Assembly (NCBI RefSeq): GCF_964188315.1
Contig: NC_135655.1
Coordinates: 106,330,001 to 106,394,000, forward strand
Direction: 5' to 3'
Length of the DNA: 64,000 nucleotides
DNA from: Podarcis muralis
Lineage: Eukaryota
In this document: one piece after another, positions 11,542 through 24,038 of the stretch
Layout: every line of letters starts with the position of its first letter
How positions within the stretch are numbered: the first letter of the stretch is position 1
Made by a program: the position numbers and the translations under genes
The notes under the pieces: model-generated
What the model saw: the letters and a program-made list of their open reading frames with translations, nothing else
Databases searched by the model: none
Told to the model about the DNA's origin: nothing

Positions 11542-13911
11542 TACATAGTTTAAGGTGTGAAAGAAGGAAACTTTTTTTTTTTTTTTTGCTACTATTGTGA
11601 ACAACTGGAGGCCATCAATCCTTGTTGATCACCCAGAGATTATTTAGTAGATAAATTCTACCTTCTGCCTACCCCTGATTTAGTTTTGGGGCTAACTGGT
11701 CACTATAATTAAGATCAGATTAGAAGTGCTTTTCTTCCCTTATATTCAGTGGGTTGGCATGCTTCAATCATTGCTTTCTCTTTTTTGCCACTTTTTGATG
11801 TATCCCACTGACCTGGATTGCTGATGGCTACATGGTCTTGCTTTGGGAAGGGGGTGAGGTTGACTGTAGTGAGATGTAGTAGGCCTCATTTTCCACAGTG
11901 AGGTACAAAAACAGCAGCATGGGTCTCTTTAACATTCTTCGCACAAGCTCTGGTGTCCGGAGTCTCCCTAAGGATGCAGCCTGTGCAGAGTAGTTTGGGG
12001 TTAAGTCCTATTGAAATCAGTGGGGCTGCATGCTTTACTCTATATTGGAGGGGTTTTTTGTTTGTTTTTTCACCAGCTGAGGACAGGAAAAACATGCTAT
12101 GGAAACATTTACAGTGATGTTGATGGAAAGTTGTAAATAGAAGATCAAGCTTGAACTTCTGTATTCAGCTGACAGGATTTCAATCCTAAATGCACATTCC
12201 AGGGAGCAAGACAGTGGGATTGACATAGAGGAGACAGGCACAGGTTTGCTCTCTCGGGCTGCAACCCTGTGCACGTTTACAGAGCAGTCCTAACATGGGA
12301 CTGAGGAGGAGTGCCGTGGCAGGATCCACCATTGCTGGCCAGGGCAGAAGGTGGTTGTGGTGGTGGGTGAGGCAGTTCTTCCACTTCTCTAAACTTTCTC
12401 CAGGTTGGCATAGCTAAGTGGCCTGAGGATTGTGCCTCTCAGGGGGTGGGGTGGGGGTATTGTTCTGTGGTGTCCCACTTGGTGCCATTGGCGGAGAGAC
12501 CTGCTGACAGTGGCTTTCCTCCTGACAGGGGCCTCCAGCCAGAGTGGAGAGAGAAACAGGCCCATTGTCCCAGTGGTACTCCTCTGTTCTGGAAGAGGCC
12601 AGCATCCTCATCCAAACCCCATTCCTGACTCCATGTAAGGCAGCTTCCTATGGAGAATCTGAACCTGTGGCACTTCTTTCTTGCAGGACCAAAAGCTTGA
12701 TTCCAGGGGAACTATGAAAAAACTTCACTGAGAGAAGATGACATGGTTCAATATCACTTTTGCTATTCCTGCCAGAGCATTTGCAAATGGTCTGTATCAA
12801 TTTGATGCTTTAAGAAATGCAGACTTGTCTGCCTAAAGCTTTGTTTTTATTTCCTTGTGTTGCAAGAAATCTAATTTCTTGCAACACAGTCCATCTCAGA
12901 AACATCTCTAACCCTAACAGAGTTTTAGAAAATGTTTTTAAAAGAACGTTAAGGATCGTCCTGAGGTTGACTCTGCCACTGAATGCTGTCCTTGGAATAA
13001 GTAAACAAAAAAATATTGTTTTTCAATCCAGACATTAGATGCATGCATTTGGGCCACCCACTGGTTTCTCTGTTTTTCCTTGTAAGTGAGGTTGGAAAAG
13101 CAGGTTCTAAACTTCACTGTAGCCAATCATGACACTTGGTTTTTTTTAAAAAAATAAATATCTGCAAGACATAACTTGCAACAGTTTGCTAAACAGTGCG
13201 TAGGCATCTTCAGTGTAATTGCAGAAAAGGTGAAAAAGTAAGCTTCAAAGTATATTATGTAAGTATGCAAACAACACAGCACACTTATCATTAAAGACTG
13301 CAGTTCATTAAGGAGAAGTAGAAAAATCAGTGTTTGGGAATTAAGGAATTTTCATATGGAACATGATAGGCTAAAACCAGGCAATAGTCTTCCAGAGCTG
13401 GCTTTCAAATATGAATGCTGTAGGGGGTGCAGGTCACAGGGATTTCTCCTACCCCTTTCCCCCTGTGAAATGGGCAAGAGCGAGCTATTGCATCTCCATT
13501 CATTTCTATGGGACTTGCATAGGAGAACTTCCTGACTGTATGCAGCTTAAGTCGTACAGAATTATTTTTACTGTGCCCGTAATTTGCATGCAGTGTGAAA
13601 ATGATTCTTCGGAGGTCAAGTGGGTAGTGGATGGTAGGGGAAACGGGTGATAAATGCTATCTCCAAGGAAGTAGGAGGGACACAGGGTCACCAGCGCCTA
13701 CTCTAGGCAAAGGCCTTTATGTTTTTTCAGGTCCTGTAATGTTTTTGTCATGTCGTGCAGTTGCTTTAACTAGGCTGCTGCTGTTACTGTTTTTCCTTGT
13801 ATTGTTTGTTTTGCTGGTTTTTTAACAAGACTTTTGTTTGATCATAAAAGACCAGGAGAGCTAAGCTGATGCAGTAGAGTACGCATGTCTTTAACAGACA
13901 AATTGTAAATA

Positions 13912-14153
13912 CAGTGGTACCTTGGGTTAAGTACTTAATTCATTCCGGAGGTCCGTTCTTAACCTGAAACTGTTCTTAACCTGAAGCACCACTTTAGCTA
14001 ATGGTGCCTCCTGCTGCCACCGCGCTGCCAAAGCACGATTTCTGTTCTTATCCTGAAGCAAAGTTCTTAACCTGAGGTACCATTTCTGGGTTAGCGGAGT
14101 CTGTAACCTGAAGCGTATGTAACCTGAAGCGTATGTAACCTGAGGTACCACTG
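13912..14153 (+). mobile_element. MITE family A copy 4
   Basis: TA-flanked, full TIRs, 242 bp. Confidence 0.9.
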
Positions 14154-14835
14154 TAAAGGAAAGCTCCAGTTGGGCATTTTAATGTGTCGACTAAATGTGC
14201 GAAGTGGGTGGGGAGTGTAGGGATGAGAACTCTAGCTCCGCCCACTTCTGTCTTTGTTTTCATCACCTTCCTCCCTAGGGTCCCTGTGCACTTAAGAACT
14301 GTGGAAAATCATGGTTCCAAAACATGCAGAAAATATAGTTAGAGTATATGAGGATGAGTTATCCGGGTTGTCCTCACAGCGCCCCCTGCCCATGTGCTTA
14401 GTCAAAACTTTCTTAGAACACCTGAGATAGGGCTAAAGTTCTAAGCCCACCTGTAGTTTTTAAAACCATATCCTCTGTTGCTGCTCCTGGACTGAGGATT
14501 CTCCCCCCCCCCAAAGGATTTCCTAAAATTTAACTTTCTAATAATACCGAAAGAATGAGCAAGGCTGGTCCTACCTGATATGCTGATGTTCTCACCACCA
14601 AGGGGGCCCTGTTTGTATTTTTGAACTCCAGACATCAAAACGTCTTGGGACGTCGCCACTGTTTTGTGTGCAGAAGCTTTCAGGGAGAAACAATATGTAG
14701 TGACTTGAGTGATGAGTAAAGAACGGTGTTTTCTCTTTCTTCTGAAATTTTTAAATCTTTCGCTGGAAGAGCATGCTTTCAGGGCATGCATTAACGTCAA
14801 AACTCTTGGTGTTCAGTGATGGAGGCAGAGCATTA

Positions 14836-15050
14836 CAGTGGTACCTCAGGTTACAGACGCTTCAGGTTACAGACTCTGCTAACCCAGAAATAGTACCTCG
14901 AGTTAAGAACTTTGCTTCAGGTTGAGAACAGAAATCGTGCTCCGGCAGTGGGAGGCCCCATTAGCTAAAGTGGTACCTCAGGTAAAGAACAGTTTCAGGT
15001 TAAGAACGTACCTCCAGAATGAATTAAGTTCTTAACCCGAGGTACCACTG
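14836..15050 (-). mobile_element. MITE family A copy 5
   Basis: TA-flanked, full TIRs, small internal deletions. Confidence 0.9.
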
Positions 15051-15345
15051 TAATTTTGTCTCAAGCCTAGGTGGTTTTGTAACCTTCCTTACCTGAGTAA
15101 CCTGTATGCCATGCCTTGCTCTGCATTTGTGTTAGGAGAGGAAGAGCTCCCACCCCTGTGTTAAATGCAACAGACATTGACTCAGTGGCCTAAGCAGATA
15201 TGCGTTCTTTCTGCCACACCAGAATGCCAATAATATTTTGAGGCATTTGCAAAACTCTGACACATTCAGATTCTGCCTTACTCGAATGCTCAGCATTTGC
15301 AGGAAAAAAGCACCATGACAACAATGGCCACATATGTGAAACAAA

Positions 15346-15552
15346 TGTTGTTGTTGTTTAGTCATTTAGTCATGTCCGACTCTTTGTGACCCCATGGACC
15401 AGAGCACGCCAGGCACTCCTGTCTTCCACTGCCTCCCGCAGTTTGGTCAAACTCATGCTGGTAGCTTCGAGAACACTGTCCAACCATCTCGTCCTCTGTT
15501 GTCCCCTTCTCCTTGTGCCCTCCATCTTTCCCAACATCAGGGAGTCTTCTCT
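15346..15552 (-). mobile_element. BovB (RTE LINE) 3' fragment
   Basis: Minus strand encodes EDSLMLGKMEGTRRRGQQRTRWLDSVLEATSMSLTKLREAVEDRSAWRALVHGVTKSRT followed by a (CAA)n tail; near-identical to 58809-59337. Confidence 0.92.
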
Positions 15553-15648
15553 GCCCTCAAACATTCCCTGGTCAAGTTCCTGCATTGCAGGGGGTTGAAC
15601 TAGATGACCCTTGGGGTCCCTTCTATCTCTACAGTTCTGTGATTCTAA
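15553..15648 (+). mobile_element. CR1-type 3' tail fragment
   Basis: cctgcattgcagggggttgaactagatgacc...tacagttctgtgattct, typical CR1 / CR1-tailed SINE end. Confidence 0.7.
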
Positions 15649-16351
15649 GCTGTGAAATCTGACCAGAGTGTGGAAACTGGCTGCTAGAGCATCAGGAGAG
15701 AACGGTAGCAAGATAAAATGAAGCATGCCTTCCTCAATCCAGAGGTAGTGGTGCTGTAAGATTAATATGGTCTGCCCTGGGTGTGGTACCCAGAGTAGTG
15801 TGCTACAATTGGGGTGAAGTAATTCAGCAGGTCTCCTTGCAAATTGCTAGTTGACTTTTGACAAGTCACTGGGGAGGTGTTTGGACAATCCCACCAGCAA
15901 CTGGATCCTAGGATCATGCCAAGGCTGCATATTTGGCATTGATAGGAAGAAGAGCTTCTGACCATCATCTCCCTTCATGCTAAATCCACAAACACATGGC
16001 AGAGGAGGGAGTGGTTAACATTCTTGCCAACATCGGGTTCTATCTCATTCCCCCTCTTGCTTTACTAATGTGGCTGAGTTGCCCCGAGTTCCTTGGTAGG
16101 AAAGGTAGGATGCTATAATAATGTTTGCTAACCACAGCCTTTGCCCCCATGCCAGACTGTGGAACGGCCTCACCAGGAAGTCTTGCCTGGCACAGACTTC
16201 GTTTCTGTCTGGTGCCAGGCAAATGTGTTTTTATTTTGCCAGGCATTTGGACAGTAAAAATGGCCTGACTTTCGGATGTTTTACTTTTGTTGTTCAGATG
16301 TACGTGTGGGCATGTGGTTTATTTTATCATGTCGGGTAGGCAGTTACAGTA

Positions 16352-17357
16352 CAGTGGTGCCCCGCAAGACGAACGCCTCACAAGACGGAAAACCCGCTAG
16401 ACGAAAGGGTCTTTGCTCCCCCCTGCCTGCCTTCCCGGGAGAGCGGAGAAACGCAGCGCCTTTCTCTGCTGTCCCGGAGGGCTTTTGAAGGCAGGCGGGG
16501 GGGGAGCATAGACTTTCGCCCCCCGCCCGCCTTCAGAAGAGGTCCTGGACCTCTTCTGAAGGCGGGCGGGGGGCGAAAGTCTTTGCTCCCCCCTGCCTGC
16601 CTTCCCGGGAGAGCGGAGAAACGCAGCGTGTTTCTCCGCTGTCCCGGACGGCTTTTGAAGGCAGGCGGGGGGGAGCATAGACTTTCGCCCCCCGCCCGCC
16701 TTCAGAAGAGGTCCTGGACCTCTTCTGAAGGCCGGCGGGGGGCAAAAGTCTTTGTCCCCCCTGCCTGCCTTCCCGGGGGCTTTTAAATCGCCCCGATACA
16801 GCGGAGAAGTCCCCCGCTGTCCCGGGGCTTTTTAAAATGCTGGCGGGCGGCAGCGGAGGCTTCGCTCCCGCCTGCCAGCATTTTAAGATCGCCCCGGACA
16901 GCGGAGAAGTCCCCCGCTGTCCCGGGGCTTTTTAAAATGCTGGTGGGCGGCAGCGGAGGCTTCGCTCCCGCCCGCCAGCATTTTAAGATCGCCCCGGACA
17001 GCGGAGAAGTCCCCCGCTGTCCCGGGGCTTTTTAAAATGCTGGCGGGCGACAGCGGAGGCTTCGCTCCCGCCCGCCAGCATTTTAAGATCGCCCCGGACA
17101 GCTGAGAAGTCCCCCGCTGTCCCGGGGTTTTTTAAAATGCTGGGGGTGGGAAGAAAAGCCCTTGGTCCCCCCCCCCAGCCTTCAGAAGAGGTTGGGGGAC
17201 AGACTGTCCCCGGACCTGGTCTGAAGTCGGTTTCCATAGGAACGCATTAATTGATTTTCAATGCATTCCTATGGGAAACCTTGCTTCGCAAGACGGAAAA
17301 ATCGCAAGACGACAAAACTTGCGGAACGAATTAATTTTGTCTTGCGAGGCACCACTG
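16352..17357. mobile_element. 1-kb non-autonomous Tc1/mariner element with internal hairpin minisatellites
   Basis: TA|cagtggtgccccgcaagac ... gtcttgcgaggcaccactg|TA; ~170-bp units at 16409, 16579 and 16748 (partial); ~100-bp units at 16791, 16892, 16992 and 17092 (partial). Confidence 0.88.
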
Positions 17358-17399
17358 TATACCTGTTTCATTATAATGGATTTTTTTTTTTTTACTGTA

Positions 17400-17641
17400 C
17401 AGTGGTGCGTCAGGTTACATGCGCTTCAGGTTACATACGCTTCAGGTTACAGACTCCGCTAACCCAGAAATAGTGCTTCAGGTTAAGAACTTTGCTTCAG
17501 GATGAGAACAGAAATCGTTCTCCGGCGGCGCAACGGCAGCAGGAGGCCCCATTAGCTAAAGTGGTGCTTCAGGTTAAGAACAGTTTCAGGTTAAAAATGG
17601 ACCTCCAGAACGAATTAAGTACTTAACCCGAGGTACCACTG
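17400..17641 (-). mobile_element. MITE family A copy 6
   Basis: TA-flanked, 242 bp. Confidence 0.9.
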
Positions 17642-18612
17642 TAGATGTTTTGTTTAATATATGTATAGCTTCACACAAGTGGAGACCCAACATAATTTAC
17701 AGAGATAATATCCAATCCAACCTAACCTCCATCTTCACCTTCTAGGGCAGGCAGCTTTAGAGTTGAGGAAATATCACTTTGCCTGTGTGGGTGTTTGTTT
17801 GTTTGGCTGGTTCCTTGCATTTAACTGGCACGTGCTCCTCAGGAAGAGCGAAACTGACTTGTCCTCTGTCTCCCTTCAGCAACAGAAGCTCACTTCGCCA
17901 AGAACAGCTTAAGGGAGGTGCTATCCCTGGCCAGATTCCTAAGCTAGGCTTTTAGTTATGAGATACACATATCAACTCCAGCCATGCAAGGAAGTCTGCA
18001 AGATTTACAGGTCCACAAGATTTGAGTAGCCATTTGCCATCTTGTACACAAGAAAAATTATTTTGATTTAAATGGAAGAGGGTGTTTCTGGGTTTGGTTA
18101 TTTTTTTAATAAATAATTTGTTGCCTGGAGGCAGGTCTTATATGGCCCAGGAACCCTGATTGCTAGCCATTTCTAAACCTTTTAAAGTACTAATAGGTTA
18201 ATTGCATGTGAAATAATCTGCTTGCTACACAGAGCATTTACAGGGCAATCCTATAGATGCCTACTCAAAAATAAGTCACACAGAGTTCAGCGGAATATAC
18301 TCCCAGTTAATAGTGTAGCCTTGACATCATTCTGAACTTGTCTTTCTTTGGCTCCATCTGCACAGTACATTTTAAGCAGCGTCATACCGCTTTTAGCAGT
18401 CATGGCTTCCCCCAAAGAATCCTGGGAATGGTAGTTTGTTAGGTTTTCAGAATTCCCTAGGGAGATTGTTAAACCCCTCTGGATATTGTAGCTCTGTGAA
18501 AGGAATAGGGGTCTCCTAACAACTCTCAGTTGCCTGGACAAAATTCATTTCCCAGGATTCTTTGGGGGAAAGCCATGACTGTTTAAAGTGGTATAGCACT
18601 GCTTTAAATGTA

Positions 18613-18854
18613 CAGTGGTACCTTGGGTTAAGTACTTAATTCGTTCCGGAGGTCCGTTCTTAACCTGAAACTGTTCTTAACCTGAAGCACCACTTTAGCT
18701 AATGGGGCCTCATGCTGCCGCCGTGCCGCTGGAACATGATTTCTGTTCTCATCCTGAAGCAAAGTTCTTCACCTGAAGCACTATTTGTGGGTTAGCGGAG
18801 TCTGTAACCTGAAGCACATGTAACCTGAAGCATATGTAACCTGAGGTACCAGTG
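18613..18854 (+). mobile_element. MITE family A copy 7
   Basis: TA-flanked, 242 bp. Confidence 0.9.
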
Positions 18855-19894
18855 TATAGTGCAGCTGGGGATTTATTTATTTATTTTAAGAAAAGAAAAG
18901 GTAGTTAAAAGATGGCAAGATGGCGGAGCAGACATCCAGTTCCAAGCATGTCTCCCACTAGCAGCTTGCCCACCTAGCACTGGAATCATTGCAGCTTATC
19001 AGGACCAGGCTGGGGAGGGGCATTGGTGAGACTGGGGTGGGTAGGTGCCCCAGACTGACTTTGCAAGTGTGCCCACACAGCCCCTGACCTCACTGCCAAC
19101 TCTGCCCCTCCACAGAGATGCCAGTGTTGGAAAGGCGACTCTGCCCTCTCACACCAGCCACTACTGAGGCCTACTCAGAAATAAGTCTCACTGAACTCAG
19201 TAGGGCTTACTTCCAGGTAAACGTGCAGCCTAAATCTCTTCGACTAGCAGAAATCCTTATTTTTAGTAACCTGTTTTTAATTGGGGGAAAAAATGCAGTC
19301 TCAGCAGAAGGGAATGTGTCTGCCTCCGAAGGATCCGAGCTTCTGTAGCTTGTAGAAATTGGTAAAGGTTCCTTAAATAATCATAATGGTTTGCCTTAGA
19401 TGATAAATAGAAAAGTGGGGGGGGGGGAGCAGAAGCCTGCTAGTGCCAAAGTTGACTCTGTTTAAATTAGAAATTTGTCACATTTAATTAATTATGTTCT
19501 GGAAGCTGTTCTTGTTTGTTTGGTATTAGATCTGAGGGAAGATAATTGGATTTGGTTTCGCAGCTAGCAATAGTCTGTGGCTACGGCAAAACTGCAAAGT
19601 TTTGGTCAATAACTGGTGCAGCCTAGTAGTAGCTTTTACCGATGACTGTTGTGTTGGCGTCTCTCTATATTTGTGGAGAAAGTATCGTGGACACTGGAGG
19701 ACTTAATGCTGCGTTTCGGGTGTACATTGGGTCACAGCTGAGTGTTGGGTTGGGGTAGTTTGAGGGAAAGTCCTCCTTGCCCTGGGCCAAACTGCTGCGT
19801 AGGCAACCAATGCTTTCCTTTCCTTTTTCAGTAACGCAGCCGGGTCTGCTGCATTTGTAACTTCTTCAGTGATGAGACACTGCTGGAAGGAAGC

Positions 19895-19993
19895 ATGGAT
19901 AAGAATATTGCAGAGCAGCTCAATAAGGCGTACGAAGCCTTCAGACAGGCATGCATGGATAGAGACTCCGCTGTGAAAGAGCTGAAGCAAAAG
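19895..19993 (+). CDS. TANK: TANK coding exon 1 (MDKNIAEQLNKAYEAFRQACMDRDSAVKELKQK)
   Basis: Nearly identical to the human TANK N-terminus; strong Kozak agcATGg; donor AAG|GTACGT, phase 0; missed by the ORF track. Confidence 0.97.
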
Positions 19994-21026
19994 GTACGTG
20001 GCTGTTTTATGTCTGGCGCTACAGGCTAAGATTACGTTTCTGATGGCTCCCAAAGAAAAGTCCCGATTTCACACACAAAGAGGAATGGTCAACACAGTTG
20101 GATAACGCCAGGGAAATTCTGTTAATTATCTGGGGTGATCTGCTCCTTGCAGGTGTGAAATTGTGCCATGCGGCTTGTTTACCCTTGTCCATAAAACGGA
20201 GGTTTTTGCAGCTATCTGGGGTGCAGGTTGTTACCAGCTTTTAACTGTGGAGAGGCCTTGAAATGCATATTATAGATACTGCTTCTCTGGTTGCCCTCCC
20301 CAAAGCAGGCCGGAAGCAAAGCAAAGTAGGGTCCCTCCTTTTTGCAAGAGGAAGTGCGAAAAGAAGCAGTCGTTTGGAACTTCCCCACTTTCGTGTTAAA
20401 TATAGCTGGTGCGTTATTTCAAAAGAGAAAAATTGCTTGGATGCCATGCCAAGGGTTGTGAATTAACCCCATTTGTTTCCATGGGGGGCAGCTAAGCATG
20501 GGCTTAATTTCTCCAGTAATAAGATTTACTCTGGCTGAATTGTGCTGTTGGGAAACAGCGTTTTCTGATAAAATTCAGAATTTTAAAAGCTTTTAAAAAG
20601 CACCAGCATTTATTGTTAAAAAGAGCCAGCTTTATTTTTCCCCCAGACTGCCTTCATGTAAGGCACTTTGGGCTAGGAAGCCATTTGTGGCTTCTGGGTG
20701 CTTGGAACTGACTGCACTTTTAGACCCTGTCTGAATAATTAAGACGACAAGAGGAGGAATGTGCTGGCGAACCGTTTGTAACAACCCCAGCAAGCATTTT
20801 CAAGACACACGGCACTAATGCTCTGCGTCCCTTCCAGGAATCCTCAGAGATGAGTCGGCCTGGCACTTAGATTGAAAAACCTAAGGACTTGAAATGGCTG
20901 AGAGCTACAGCAGTGGACTGTGTGACTGCTTGCTGCACCAGAAGCAGAGAGTGTCATGGCTGAGGAGATGGCAACTCTTGCCGCTTCTGGGATTGGCTGA
21001 GCTCCGATTGGCTGAGCCTGCTAAGG

Positions 21027-21342
21027 CAGGGATGGGGGGGCGCATTCCCTTCTGGGCAACCTTCCCCTCAATGTGTGCCAGTGGTGGGTGGGGCAAGAGG
21101 CTAAAGTGGGCGGAGCAGCAAATGCAACAATCTACCTTCGTCCAATAGGTTAGCTTCTATGTACGGCCTCTCCATCCTCTCCCGGCAGCCGAGAGGCATC
21201 ATCCCAAGACACATTCCAGCCAGACAAAGTCACTTGGGCGGGGGGTGAAACAGGGTCAGAGAGGGCTGTGGCCCCGGGGAGAGTTCTGAGAGCCAATTGA
21301 GAGGCTGCATTTGGTCTCCGGACCTGAGGTTCCCCACCCTTG
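21027..21342. mobile_element. non-autonomous hAT element
   Basis: cagggatgggg ... ccccacccttg with 8-bp flanks tgctaagg / tactaagg (7 of 8 match). Confidence 0.75.
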
Positions 21343-22287
21343 TACTAAGGGAAATCAGATCTTCACTCCGTCCTCTACACATATTTGTTCCCTTAAAACA
21401 AGGTTGGGGACCTGTGGCCCTCCAGATGTTGCTGAACTCGAATTCTCATCTCCCTAACCATTGGCCATGCTGACCAGGACTGGTGGGAGCCGAGAACATA
21501 TGGAGGGTGCCCACAGACTTCCCCTTGAAATGTGGCTGTCGTCGTTTTGCTTTGCAACTTTCAAAGTTAACATTCATAGCACATTTAACAGCTTTCATTT
21601 ACACCCTCCTTCCCATCACTAGGCTGGTGAATGGCCTAAGGACAGGCAGGAGGATAGTGTGTGTCTCTCCCTGTTTGACCCTTAAAACAACCCTGCGAGG
21701 TAGTGACTGGCCCAAGGTCACCCAGCATGGACTTGAACCCAGGTCTCCTTTGCCTTGAAGGCTAAGTGCTTGCAGTAGTTAAAGCACATTTGCGATCTTC
21801 ATCACTTGATGGCTTAAATGGAGAAGAGTGCTGACACTTTCCTCCCAATTTACGCAAGCTTCCCTGTTGGGTTTTGTACAAACTCTGCTTACTCACAGTG
21901 TCGGAGTTTTGGAGTGAGGCCCGTGGGTAGCTGTCCCCTGCCAGGATAGTTCACACTCCCCCCTAAATTTTCAGTTTTCATTTTTCAAAAAATGGGATAG
22001 GGTTGCATTCCTTTTTATTTAAAAAAACACACCCTTAAAATTGATCTCTTCTCCTCATGGAGATAAAAGGGATAAAAGTTTGCCTCAGTATCCCACTTTT
22101 TTCACCAATACAAGTGAATAACCTTAAATCTATTTGGCCACCTTTTTTTTTAATGTTCTGGTTATTCTATAATGATTCACAGCCCCAACATAAAAAAACC
22201 TGTTTGTTGACCTGCTTACTCAACACAGTCTTACCAGGTTTATTCTCAAGGCAGGGAGCCTGCTTCTTTGGGAATTGGCCTCCGAAA

Positions 22288-22526
22288 TTGGATTTGGATT
22301 TGGATTTGATATCCCGCCTTTCACTCCCCTTCAGGAGTCTCAAAGCAGCTAACATTCTCCTTTCCCTTCCTCCCCCACAACAAACACTCTGTGAGGTGAG
22401 TGGGGCTGAGAGACTTCAAAGAAGTGTGACTGGCCCAAGGTCACCCAGCAGCTGCATGTGGAGGAGCAGAGACGCGAACCCGGTTCCCCAAATTATGAGA
22501 CTACCGCTCTTAACCACTACACCACA
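22288..22526 (-). mobile_element. tRNA-head SINE (Squam3-like)
   Basis: Reverse complement of the copy at 25104; head tgtggtgtagtggttaagagcgg, tail (atccaa)n. Confidence 0.85.
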
Positions 22527-22621
22527 ACAGAACCATAAACACTATGGAACAAACCATAGAAAACTTGGAATTCAGATGACCCACACAAGTTGACTTTGCT
22601 CTGATTCTTATTCTCTCCCCC

Positions 22622-22622
<1 letters not shown>

Positions 22623-22658
<36 letters not shown>
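22623..22658. repeat. (AC)n microsatellite
   Basis: 18 AC units. Confidence 0.97.
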
Positions 22659-22660
<2 letters not shown>

Positions 22661-23841
22661 TTACTCCATGTTCTCGATTCTGTGTTGGCATACCCTCCAG
22701 CTTGTGGCCAATAGCTGATTCCGCAAGTAGCTGATTGGCTGCTTGTTTTGCTACTCTTTGACGATTGGAACTGTGTCATGCATAGAAGCCGGAGTCATCT
22801 CAGCCAGATGGCGCTCGGTGTAGAGGGATGTTTGGTTGTCAAGTATATCTTCTAGTCGGTAACTTGTTGCTGCCATCTGACTCTAAAAGAATTATTTGTG
22901 CACGCTGGCTGTCAAAAGCATCTTCTCTTCTGTCTGTTTTAGCTGTCATGCCTGTGCTCTGTACAGAAGTGTTGACAAGACATTGCTGTTGTACATTTTC
23001 AATTTGGGTCTTGGTGACTTTTTCTTCTTCTTCTGTTTCCTGAGGTCTCCTTGGCTGCTGGAAAATGCTGACCTCTTTGGCTTTTTAATGGGTTGGTGAA
23101 GCAGCAGCTGTTTGGTGCTTTATTTTGAATCAGGCTGTAGGGAGACTCTTGCGTGTATTGGGGGTTTGAAAGGGTATTTTTCTCCCCCTCTGAAGAATGA
23201 AAGTGGCTAAATAAATCATGGGGTTTCCATTATCCAGCTTTTCGGAGAAGGGCTGGGGCTGGGGCATTTAATTCAAAGTAGAGCTGGGAGATAACTCAGT
23301 CAGGAATCCTGGAGAGCCACTACCAATCAGTGTAGTTAAATACTGAGCTATACGGACCAATGGTCTAATTCAGTGTAAGACAAACTTCCTATGTCCCAAG
23401 CATGCAAGAGGGCAGACTTTTTACTTGGCAATAACTTGGCATCACAATACACCCCTGTGATGGCACAGGGCTTAACTTCTAAACGAGAGCCGGATGATTG
23501 TGAAGACAGGCCTGCATTCAGCCCACGAGCCTCTCTGGGTGAACCTGGGCCAGTCTATATCTGTTGGCCTACGTCGCTGGGTTGTGGTGAGGAGAACATG
23601 TTGGTGGAATGAAATCCTGTATGCCTGTCCTTGAAGAAAGGGCGGGATGAAAATACAGTAAATAAATAAAGAGGCAGAGGGAGGGAAATAGGAATTTCTA
23701 CAGAGGGAGAACCAGAGCAATAGCACAAGTGATAACTTTTTTTATAGGCATAGCTGCTGTGACAAAGCCAGGTGTTGTACTTCCCTGTGTTAGCCTGTTG
23801 TCGTCACAAAATGACTACTTCGAATTAAATTATCTTTACAG

Positions 23842-23950
23842 ACAGACAGCTATGAAAAGCAGATATGTGAACAACAAAACCAAATTGTATTTCTTACAAA
23901 CACTGTCACAAAACTAAACTCACAGTTGGCTTCTTTGAGCTGCAGCAAAG
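23842..23950 (+). CDS. TANK: TANK coding exon 2 (TDSYEKQICEQQNQIVFLTNTVTKLNSQLASLSCSK), coiled coil
   Basis: tttacAG|aca ... aaag|GTAGGT; 109 nt, phase 0 to 1; aligns gap-free with human TENYEQRIREQQEQLSLQQTIIDKLKSQLLLVNSTQ. Confidence 0.93.
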
Positions 23951-23966
23951 GTAGGTAATTTTCAAA

Positions 23967-23986
23967 TCTATATCTATCCATCTATC

Positions 23987-24025
<39 letters not shown>

Positions 24026-24038
24026 ATCTATCTATCTA
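23967..24038. repeat. (TCTA)n microsatellite
   Basis: Imperfect tetranucleotide array starting 16 nt after the exon donor. Confidence 0.95.

Noticed and set aside
16791-17130. Regular hairpin repeats resembling a CRISPR array
   Set aside because: Units are identical throughout with no unique spacers, lie inside a TIR element in a vertebrate intron, and no cas genes are present
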